From IMG/VR virus record IMGVR_UViG_3300029558_000018: a DNA stretch of 42,011 nt; one strand, written 5' to 3'. The DNA comes from a virus. How positions within the stretch are numbered: position 1 is the first letter of the stretch; each line of letters opens with the position of its first letter. The translations under genes were made by a program, and so were the position numbers. Below the pieces are notes generated by a model that saw nothing but the letters and a program-made list of their open reading frames with translations, was not told the origin of the DNA and did no database searches. Positions 6,234 through 12,545 of the stretch are shown in pieces.

Positions 6234-6262
6234 ATTATAGCACATCCTGCCCAGTCATGCAA
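6234..6262 (-). promoter_or_regulatory. Sigma-70-type promoter for the RHH gene
   Basis: Minus strand reads TTGCAT (6257-6262), 17-nt spacer, TATAAT (6234-6239). Confidence 0.7.
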
Positions 6263-6351
6263 CATGTACAGCTTGCACAATCTGCATGTTTCATGTTTGT
6301 GCATATCTCCGAATGTGCATGAAACATGTTGACAGCATTGCATGAATCATG
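6256..6351. promoter_or_regulatory. Array of four CATG-N3-CATG operator-like sites
   Basis: CATGCAACATG 6256-6266; CATGTTTCATG 6285-6295; CATGAAACATG 6318-6328; CATGAATCATG 6341-6351. The first overlaps the -35 of the leftward promoter. The last two flank or occupy the rightward promoter. Confidence 0.65.
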
Positions 6352-6357
6352 TATAAT
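6329..6357 (+). promoter_or_regulatory. Consensus sigma-70 promoter facing the MTase-like moron
   Basis: TTGACA (6329-6334), 17-nt spacer, TATAAT (6352-6357). Confidence 0.75.
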
Positions 6358-7860
6358 AAAGCCATCGAAACAAAGAGCAGCCGCCCCGGCAATGACTATC
6401 TGCTGGACGCCTTGCAGCTCGACTGCATCGAGCAGTCCGCCGCCCTCCGCGCCACCCTCAAAGAAAACGGTTTCCGCGTCATCCACGACGATTTCCTCAC
6501 CTTCACGCCCCGCGCCCACTATAAGGCGATCATCATGAACCCGCCGTTCTCCGAGGGTGCCCGCCACCTGCTGCACGCCCTGCACATCATGGAGCGGGGC
6601 GGGGAAGTCCGCTGCATCCTCAACGCCGAGACGATCCGCAACCCCTGCACTAACGAGCGCAAGGAGCTTGCCGCCCTGCTTGCCAAGTACAACGCCCGGA
6701 TCACCTACAAGCAAGGCGCCTTCACCCACGCCGCCCGCAAAACCGCGGTAGAGGTTGCGCTCGTTTTCGTCACGATCCCGCCTGCTCCTCCTGTCTCCCG
6801 CATCCGCTTAGAACTCAACGCCGAGACGACACAGCGCTACCAGGCCGCGCCCGAGCTTGCCGCCCTCGTCAACAATGACCCCCTCACGGCAGCAGTCGAG
6901 CGCTACAACGCCGCCGCGGACGGTCTCGCCCGCCTGTATGAAGAATACGACGGTATTTCCTCGCTGTTCACCCTACCCAAAAAGCAGGGCGACAGCAGCG
7001 CCCCCGCGCCCTGCGTCTCCCTCACCAAGAGCTACAACAACGCCCTGTGCGATCTCCGCGCCATCTATTGGGAGCAGCTTTTCGACCTTCCGCAAATCCG
7101 CGACGCCATGACGCAGACGATGCAGAACGACTACCACAAGCGCCTCAACGACCTTCGCCACTACGATTTTACCCCCTACAACATCCTGACCGTGCGCGAG
7201 GAAATCTCCCGCAACATCGTCTCCAACATTGAATCCGAGATCATCCGCCTGTTTGACGACTGGACCAGCACCCACTACGCCGACTACAGTAAGAACATTC
7301 ACTACTACAACGGCTGGTGCACAAACTCCGCCTACAAGGTCAACAAGCGCGTGATCTTCCGCTGCAACGCCTACAGCGTTTACTCCGACGATTTCTGCCC
7401 GACTTTCACCGAAGATGAGATCGCCAACATCGAGAAAACGCTTCACTTCCTCGACACCAACGGCACCGCCTACAACGGCGATGACCTCCGCGCCACGCTC
7501 AAAGCTGCCGAGGCCAGCGGCCAGACCACCAAGATCAAGCTGCACTACTTCACCGCCACGTTCTACAAAAAAGGCACCTGTCACATCGAGTTTACCAACG
7601 CCGATGTGCTGAAATCCTTCAACATCTTCGCATCCCAGAAAAAAGGCTGGCTGCCTCCGTCCTACGGCAAAAAGACCTATCACGACATGAGCACGGCAGA
7701 TCGCGCCGTCGTGGACAGCTTCGAGGGCGAGACCTCCTACAACGACACGATGGCACGGCATCTGGTCCCCACCACCGCAACACTTATGCAGCTTGCCGCC
7801 CACAACCCCGCCTGCCAACCGTCACAAGATTCTGGCCGAGATCATCGGCCGGGCAAATAA
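6349..7860 (+). CDS. N6-adenine-MTase-like protein with degenerate motif I and a large uncharacterised C-terminal domain
   Basis: NPPF at aa 64-67 (IIMNPPFSEG). Motif I reads AIETKSSRPGNDYLL where hhEPxxGxG is expected. About 350 aa of unknown function follow. The only in-frame ATG (6349) lies inside the promoter at 6329-6357. Confidence 0.6.
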   Translation: MYNKAIETKSSRPGNDYLLDALQLDCIEQSAALRATLKENGFRVIHDDFLTFTPRAHYKAIIMNPPFSEGARHLLHALHIMERGGEVRCILNAETIRNPCTNERKELAALLAKYNARITYKQGAFTHAARKTAVEVALVFVTIPPAPPVSRIRLELNAETTQRYQAAPELAALVNNDPLTAAVERYNAAADGLARLYEEYDGISSLFTLPKKQGDSSAPAPCVSLTKSYNNALCDLRAIYWEQLFDLPQIRDAMTQTMQNDYHKRLNDLRHYDFTPYNILTVREEISRNIVSNIESEIIRLFDDWTSTHYADYSKNIHYYNGWCTNSAYKVNKRVIFRCNAYSVYSDDFCPTFTEDEIANIEKTLHFLDTNGTAYNGDDLRATLKAAEASGQTTKIKLHYFTATFYKKGTCHIEFTNADVLKSFNIFASQKKGWLPPSYGKKTYHDMSTADRAVVDSFEGETSYNDTMARHLVPTTATLMQLAAHNPACQPSQDSGRDHRPGK

Positions 7861-7872
7861 GGAGTAACTACC

Positions 7873-8055
7873 ATGAAGAAGTTTATTCTATCCGCCATCA
7901 TCACCGCCGCGCTGGCGGCGTCCTTCGCTGCCGGATGCCGTGCCACCATGTTGAGCGCTCGCCTGGTTTCCGCCTCCGACAGCGCCCGCCTTCATCCGTC
8001 TTACGTGATTTCCTACCGCTTCGGCCCTCTCTGGTTTAATGAAATCTACGATTGA
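7873..8055 (+). CDS. Small putative lipoprotein
   Basis: MKKFILSAIITAALAASFAAGC is a signal peptide with a lipobox-like AAGC. RBS AAGGAG. Confidence 0.55.
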   Translation: MKKFILSAIITAALAASFAAGCRATMLSARLVSASDSARLHPSYVISYRFGPLWFNEIYD

Positions 8056-8111
8056 ATATCGGCCCGCACCGTGCTACAATAAAAATATATGAAAAATAGG
8101 AGGTTTAAAAC

Positions 8112-8411
8112 ATGACTTTCTACGCCTATCTCAACGACTGCAACGATTTTGCCCGCTGTTCTGCCGACTGGTCAGAGCTTGACCCCCGCAAGCCCTACAT
8201 CACCACAAACGGCCACGGCTGGCAGGAATCCTGCGACAATGCCAACGGCGGTATTGATGTTTCGTGGGCCTTCCATCAAGACCCGGCAGACATTTTCGAC
8301 TACGCCGCCCAGCACTTCGCCGACAGCTTTACGCAGCTTTTACAGCTCGCCATCGACAACGATGACCGTGACCCCGACCAGCTGCAAGCCATCGTTGATT
8401 TATTCGTTTGA
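8112..8411 (+). CDS. Small acidic hypothetical protein (moron, next to attP)
   Basis: 99 aa, D/E-rich, RBS AGGAGG. No recognisable motif. Confidence 0.6.
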   Translation: MTFYAYLNDCNDFARCSADWSELDPRKPYITTNGHGWQESCDNANGGIDVSWAFHQDPADIFDYAAQHFADSFTQLLQLAIDNDDRDPDQLQAIVDLFV

Positions 8412-8414
8412 AGC

Positions 8415-8431
8415 GTCGTATTTGTGTCGTA
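8415..8431 (+). repeat. Arm-type integrase-binding site candidates (2 x GTCGTAT)
   Basis: GTCGTA at 8415-8420 and 8426-8431, left of the attP core. Confidence 0.5.
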
Positions 8432-8467
8432 TAAAACCGCATTATCAACGATGCATCGAACATATAA

Positions 8468-8495
8468 ACAGGTTCAAGTCCTGTTAGCCGCACCA
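8468..8495 (+). other. attP core: 3' fragment of a tRNA gene (T arm + acceptor 3' strand + CCA)
   Basis: ACAGG-TTCAAGT-CCTGT-TAGCCGC-A-CCA. No matching 5' acceptor strand (GCGGCTA) lies upstream, so this is a fragment. It sits 190 nt from the integrase gene end and is flanked by GTCGTA repeats. Confidence 0.7.
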
Positions 8496-8505
8496 TTACA
8501 AAAAG

Positions 8506-8545
8506 AGCGTATCTACGAGCGATGAACGTAGATGCGCTTTTTTTC
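8506..8545 (+). terminator. Intrinsic terminator after the moron operon and attP core
   Basis: AGCGTATCTACG(8506-8517)/CGTAGATGCGCT(8527-8538) followed by TTTTTTT (8539-8545). Confidence 0.75.
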
Positions 8546-8590
8546 TACGTTTTGCAATGTCTCTACATGTTCAAGTATGTTATTTTTCAC

Positions 8591-8650
8591 GTCGTAAAAC
8601 CGTCGTAAATGCTTTTATTTTTTCAAGATGTCGTAAAACTGTCGTAAAAA
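8591..8650 (+). repeat. Arm-type integrase-binding site candidates (4 x GTCGTAAA in two pairs)
   Basis: GTCGTAAAA 8591-8599, GTCGTAAA 8602-8609, GTCGTAAAA 8630-8638, GTCGTAAAAA 8641-8650. Confidence 0.55.
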
Positions 8651-8680
8651 AGCAGCCCGATTGCACCATGCAACCGGGCT
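8645..8680 (-). terminator. Probable terminator of the integrase gene
   Basis: AGCCCG(8654-8659)/CGGGCT(8675-8680) with a 15-nt loop. A T-run follows the stem on the minus strand (plus-strand A-run 8645-8651). Confidence 0.45.
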
Positions 8681-8684
8681 TCAA

Positions 8685-9800
8685 TTATATCGTTTTATCG
8701 CTTATAAATTTTTCAAGTGCCGCTCCTGCTGTATCTAGCTGGCGTTCCCGTATATGTGTATATACTCGCCGTGTTGTCGTAATGTCGGCATGCCCCATAA
8801 GGCGTTGCGCTTCCAGCTCTGCAATGCCCGCCGCATATAACATGCTGGCGTATTCGTGCCGGAACTGGTGCGCCGTTACGTCGGCAATCCAGTCCTTAAT
8901 CGTCGTTGTGTACTCTTTGCCTCTGTGCTTATTTCTTCGTGTGTGCAGCACATAGTGCGCCATGCCCACATCCTTGCAGTAATATGCCCATCTGCGCTTG
9001 TATGCGCAGCCTGTCAGCGGCCTTTCCCCTCCGAGTATATACTCACTATCTGCCCCGCGCAGCGGTTCCAGCACGCCCCGTAGCGGCGACAGCAGCGGCA
9101 CAGTGCGCACACCGTTTGCAGTTTTCGGCGCTTGTACAATCGGCTGGTTGTTTATCCACGCCACTTCTTTGGAAATGCTAATTCTGTTTTTCTCAAAATC
9201 CACATCATGCCATTGCAGCGCCAGCACCTCACCCAGTCGGCATCCCGTATACATGAACAGCCAGGCACACAGCCCGAACCCCTCCGGGTGTGCCTTGACG
9301 ATTTGTAGCTGTTCCTCTGTCGGCGGCTCACGCTCTGCTTTTTTCATTCCTCTAGGCAAATCCGTAACTGTCACCGGGTTGTATGTTTCGTCATCCCGGA
9401 CGCACCAAAACTTGAACACACAAGACAACACACTCCGGGCATTGCTTGCCGTCTTCCCTGCATAGCCTGCGGCCTTGAATTTCTCGCCCCACAGCGACAC
9501 CAGCGCGGGCGTTATCTCCTTCATGCGGTACCCGCTGAACTCTTCCAGCGCGGCCTTGTAGCTGCCCTTGTAGGCTCTTTCCGCGCCGGTCTTGATATTT
9601 TTTGAATGGCTCTCCCACCATTCACCGGCCACATCCTCAAACAGCGGGCCGTTCTCTTTCACCGCTTCCCGTTGGCGTTCGTACTCGTCAATTTTTGCGG
9701 CGACCTCTTTCGCGGTCTTGCCGTAAAAGTGTACCCGCTTGCCGTCATAGGTTTTTGTCCGTTCAATCAGCCCATCGGCCCGCGCTTTTGCTCTCGCCAT
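8685..9800 (-). CDS. int: Tyrosine integrase
   Basis: 371 aa. C-terminal HQFRHEYASMLYAAGI...LMGHADITTTRRVYTH supplies the R..HxxR..H..Y catalytic signature. An N-terminal SAM-like/arm-binding region is present. Confidence 0.95.
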   Translation of the reverse strand: MARAKARADGLIERTKTYDGKRVHFYGKTAKEVAAKIDEYERQREAVKENGPLFEDVAGEWWESHSKNIKTGAERAYKGSYKAALEEFSGYRMKEITPALVSLWGEKFKAAGYAGKTASNARSVLSCVFKFWCVRDDETYNPVTVTDLPRGMKKAEREPPTEEQLQIVKAHPEGFGLCAWLFMYTGCRLGEVLALQWHDVDFEKNRISISKEVAWINNQPIVQAPKTANGVRTVPLLSPLRGVLEPLRGADSEYILGGERPLTGCAYKRRWAYYCKDVGMAHYVLHTRRNKHRGKEYTTTIKDWIADVTAHQFRHEYASMLYAAGIAELEAQRLMGHADITTTRRVYTHIRERQLDTAGAALEKFISDKTI

Positions 9801-9861
9801 GTTGACACCCTCCTAAAATCGCTATATACTAAAAGATGCCAGCCAAAAGCTGACACCCTTT

Positions 9862-9900
9862 GCCCTTGTCGGTGCTCGACTCACCGGCAGGGGCTTTTTT
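9862..9900 (+). terminator. Plus-oriented hairpin plus T-run between int and the membrane-protein gene
   Basis: GCCCTTGTCGGTG(9862-9874)/CACCGGCAGGGGC(9882-9894) followed by TTTTTT (9895-9900). The orientation is antisense to both neighbouring genes. Confidence 0.5.
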
Positions 9901-10672
9901 ATTGTGGCTCAAAATCCCATGTTACTTCAAACTTTGCTTCATTCCCTGAATATCTGCCGCTTGTTTCATACACATAAACATCTTCTGTTACGGTAAATCC
10001 GTCCTCAAAATCTCCATCTTCAATTGTAACATATCCGTCCAAGCTTCCGACGTCCGGCACACTGTCATCTTCTGTTATTTCTGCATACAGTGATACATCA
10101 TCGCCAACACTGCAATTTACCGTTGCTGGTAATTGTTTGTCACCTGCTTCAAAATAATACCACCAATCGTTGCCAACATGATTATTATAAACCATAGTGG
10201 CTGATGCAGTAACTTTAAATGTGCCGGAGGTCTTTTTTGTTGTTGGCTTCGGCGTTGCGGTTGGCCGTGCTGTTGGTCTCGGCGTGGCTGTCGTTCTGGT
10301 TTCTGTGCTATACTCGCTCACCGCAGCAGTCGCTGTTGTGTCATAGCTTCTGCTATGTTGTGTATTGTTCCACCACCACACAAAGCAGCAAAGCAATGCA
10401 AGCACCGCGACCGCTGCACTTAAATACTTGTTCGCATCGTCTTTTGTCTCCGCCGGTTTCGGCGGCTGGCTTTTTGCCGTTAGCTGTAGCCGTTCACATG
10501 TCGCGCCTTTTTCGTAGCATTTCGGACACGCCCGCACATGGCCCGTGTGCTGTGCCTGTTCAATCGTGCCGCACTGCACCGTTTTTGCATTTTCGATTTC
10601 CGGGCAGTGCTGATTTGTGTGTACATAGTCGTCATTTCGGTCTGTGCGCCAAAATACAAGTTGTTTGGGCAT
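9899..10672 (-). CDS. Lysogeny-module membrane protein (Ada-like Zn-binding N-terminus, TM helix, T/P-rich linker, beta-rich ectodomain)
   Basis: HTNQHCPE...ACPKCY metal-binding pattern; TM segment LSAAVAVLALLCCFVWWW; TATPRPTARPTATPKPTT linker. Confidence 0.6.
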   Translation of the reverse strand: MPKQLVFWRTDRNDDYVHTNQHCPEIENAKTVQCGTIEQAQHTGHVRACPKCYEKGATCERLQLTAKSQPPKPAETKDDANKYLSAAVAVLALLCCFVWWWNNTQHSRSYDTTATAAVSEYSTETRTTATPRPTARPTATPKPTTKKTSGTFKVTASATMVYNNHVGNDWWYYFEAGDKQLPATVNCSVGDDVSLYAEITEDDSVPDVGSLDGYVTIEDGDFEDGFTVTEDVYVYETSGRYSGNEAKFEVTWDFEPQ

Positions 10673-10782
10673 ACAGCGCCCCCTTGTTCAATCTGCTAAA
10701 TTTCCGCGCCGTTTCGCGTTTTTTCGCTCTAGCTCTCCCTTATACTGTAAATACAAACTACATTTTAAGGGAGGCTTCCACA

Positions 10783-10905
10783 ATGTCCGTTATCATTCGC
10801 CCGCAGCTACCGCCTAAACATGGTCGCCGGAAGCGTCCCAAAAACCGGATTGTAAAACACTCCCGCACGTTTTTGTGCAATTTACTACTTGCATTACAAC
10901 CGTAA
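10783..10905 (+). CDS. Small basic ORF (40 aa), hypothetical
   Basis: RBS AAGGGAGG lies 9 nt before the ATG. Sequence is MSVIIRPQLPPKHGRRKRPKNRIVKHSRTFLCNLLLALQP. It is the tail of a longer spurious ORF. Confidence 0.3.
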   Translation: MSVIIRPQLPPKHGRRKRPKNRIVKHSRTFLCNLLLALQP

Positions 10906-10958
10906 GTAGTATATAGTTGTTTCTATAAACAACGGCTACATAAAAAAGGAGAACGACC

Positions 10959-11063
10959 ATGACCCAGCTCGAAAAAATCAGGATTGCAGCAGACGATCTA
11001 ACCGACGAAGAACTTCGCGAGGTCCTTCTATATATTCAATCGATCAAGCAGAGTCCCGCTTAG
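10959..11063 (+). CDS. 34-aa ORF resembling the C-terminus of the adjacent repressor
   Basis: RBS AAAAAGGAGA. Sequence is MTQLEKIRIAADDLTDEELREVLLYIQSIKQSPA. It overlaps the repressor 3' end convergently by 20 nt. Confidence 0.4.
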   Translation: MTQLEKIRIAADDLTDEELREVLLYIQSIKQSPA

Positions 11064-11367
11064 ACTTTACATAAGCTATATACTTTAGAATGTCTTCCCG
11101 CTCTGCATCAGTAAGGTCTACGCACTCTCTGGCTACGATTTCCCCATTGCTTTCTGCAATGGGGTTTTCTTTTTTGTCCATAGATAGCAAATAGTCCGCA
11201 GACACACCAAAGTATTCCGCTATTTTTTGCAGCTGTGCCGCCTGTGGACTAGTACCTTTTTTCTTCCACACCGAAACAGTACCTTTATTTATACCCATAT
11301 CCAGCGCCGCCCGGCTACAAGTCACATTGTGTTCTTCACATAGTTTCTTGTAAACGTCAAAAAACAT
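11044..11367 (-). CDS. XRE-family (CI-like) repressor
   Basis: 107 aa. HTH CSRAALDMGINKGTVSVWKKKGTSPQAAQLQKIAEYFGVSADYLL. Divergent from a Cro-like gene. Confidence 0.9.
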   Translation of the reverse strand: MFFDVYKKLCEEHNVTCSRAALDMGINKGTVSVWKKKGTSPQAAQLQKIAEYFGVSADYLLSMDKKENPIAESNGEIVARECVDLTDAEREDILKYIAYVKSKRDSA

Positions 11368-11391
11368 AGTTTTATCCCTCTCCCTTTGTGC

Positions 11392-11420
11392 ATATTGCCA
11401 AAGTCTAAAAAGATAGACAA
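11392..11420 (-). promoter_or_regulatory. Candidate repressor (leftward) promoter
   Basis: Minus strand reads TTGTCT (11415-11420), 17-nt spacer, CAATAT (11392-11397). Confidence 0.5.
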
Positions 11421-11481
11421 AACCACTTTACAAGTTTAACTAAATAGACTATAATGAAACTGTTGGTTGACAAAGTTAGAC
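11403..11481. promoter_or_regulatory. Three operators GTYTA-N6-TAGAC spaced 31-32 bp apart
   Basis: O1 GTCTAaaaagaTAGAC 11403-11418; O2 GTTTAactaaaTAGAC 11434-11449; O3 GTTGAcaaagtTAGAC 11466-11481. Confidence 0.6.
11427..11455 (+). promoter_or_regulatory. Early rightward promoter
   Basis: TTTACA (11427-11432), 17-nt spacer, TATAAT (11450-11455). Operator O2 fills the spacer. Confidence 0.7.
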
Positions 11482-11571
11482 CCTTGTATCGGTGGTTTGA
11501 TTCTAGCAACTTCATTCTATCACAAGAGTTTAAGAAAATCAACAAATTCTGTTGAAAGGAGATAAGTTTGT

Positions 11572-11766
11572 ATGGCTGAACAATGGATTGCGGAAATTGT
11601 CGGCAAAATGCACATCCACCGCATCCGCCAACAGGATGTTGCGAAAGCCCTTTCGGTCACGCCGGAGTATGTCAGCGCCATTCTTAACGGTCACCGTTCC
11701 CCTGCTGGCGCACAGCAGCGCTTTGAAAAGGCTGTCGCAGACATCATCGCAGAAAGAAAAGAGTAA
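11572..11766 (+). CDS. Cro-like HTH regulator
   Basis: 64 aa. IRQQDVAKALSVTPEYVSAILNG helix-turn-helix. First gene of the early operon. RBS AAAGGAGA. Confidence 0.8.
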   Translation: MAEQWIAEIVGKMHIHRIRQQDVAKALSVTPEYVSAILNGHRSPAGAQQRFEKAVADIIAERKE

Positions 11767-11769
11767 CCG

Positions 11770-12099
11770 ATGTCTACTATCGCAACCGTTTTTACGGTGA
11801 CCTTCGCGCTTACCGGCCTATCAAGCCTGCTTGCCGCAGTGGTAGCAAAGTCCGCTTTGAAGCGATTGAACAATTCAGATCGCGCCGAATCTCCTGATTC
11901 CTTTTCATTGTGTGATTTTTACGAGCTGAACCCAAATCTTCAAAATAATTTGGCAACGGAATGCCAACGAAGCCAAACAGATTTGGAATACAACTACAAC
12001 TGGGCAAAATCCACTTTGGGCATTGCCGGGCCGTTCAATCGCTACACGGTCAACGACCTCAAAAACGCCTATGACAGCAACTACCGCAGAAAGGAGTAA
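11770..12099 (+). CDS. Early membrane-anchored protein carrying a portal-like peptide segment
   Basis: N-terminal TM IATVFTVTFALTGLSSLLAAVVA. The segment LEYNYNWAKSTLGIAGPFNRY parallels portal LEMNYTWAKSTLGITDAFQGKY. Confidence 0.6.
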   Translation: MSTIATVFTVTFALTGLSSLLAAVVAKSALKRLNNSDRAESPDSFSLCDFYELNPNLQNNLATECQRSQTDLEYNYNWAKSTLGIAGPFNRYTVNDLKNAYDSNYRRKE

Positions 12100-12105
12100 C
12101 CCGCC

Positions 12106-12303
12106 ATGCCCCGCGAAAAGCCCTTCTACCGTGACACCCTTGTCACCGTCCGTGCCCGCGCTGCCGAGCTTTACCCCGGCGAGATTCTTTTCGGCCCTGG
12201 AAAGGTCGCAAAGATTCTTGGTCGCTCCCGCGGCTGGGTCTGGATGCACTATGGCAGCATCCGCAACATGACCTGCGAACAAATCGCAAGCCTTTTATGC
12301 TGA
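12106..12303 (+). CDS. Small putative DNA-binding protein (HTH-like)
   Basis: 65 aa, RBS AAGGAG. GPGKVAKILGRSRGWVW resembles an HTH recognition segment. Confidence 0.5.
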   Translation: MPREKPFYRDTLVTVRARAAELYPGEILFGPGKVAKILGRSRGWVWMHYGSIRNMTCEQIASLLC

Positions 12304-12368
12304 AACAAAAAAAGCGCCGCATCGGTGTTGGCGCACCGACGCGGCAAGAACAGAAAGGAAAGTATTAC

Positions 12369-12545
12369 ATGAACATTGTATCACTGAAACGCGCCGCCGT
12401 CAAGCTGGCAATCACCGCAGATTTGGTGCTGCTCTTGGCTGCGCTCGGTTCTCTCAACATCCCCACCACTCTCTCCGCCCTGCTGGCGTTGAATCTGCTG
12501 TGCGGACTGTATCCAAAGGAGGAATCCAGCTATGAAGAAATTTGA
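12369..12545 (+). CDS. Small membrane protein
   Basis: 58 aa from the ATG at 12369, with two hydrophobic segments (AITADLVLLLAALGSL, LSALLALNLLCGL). The longer ORF from 12297 has no RBS. Confidence 0.45.
   Translation: MNIVSLKRAAVKLAITADLVLLLAALGSLNIPTTLSALLALNLLCGLYPKEESSYEEI

Noticed and set aside
8468-8495. Complete tRNA gene
   Set aside because: Only the T arm, the 3' acceptor strand and CCA are present. The upstream 50 nt contain no complementary 5' acceptor strand (GCGGCTA), D arm or anticodon arm.
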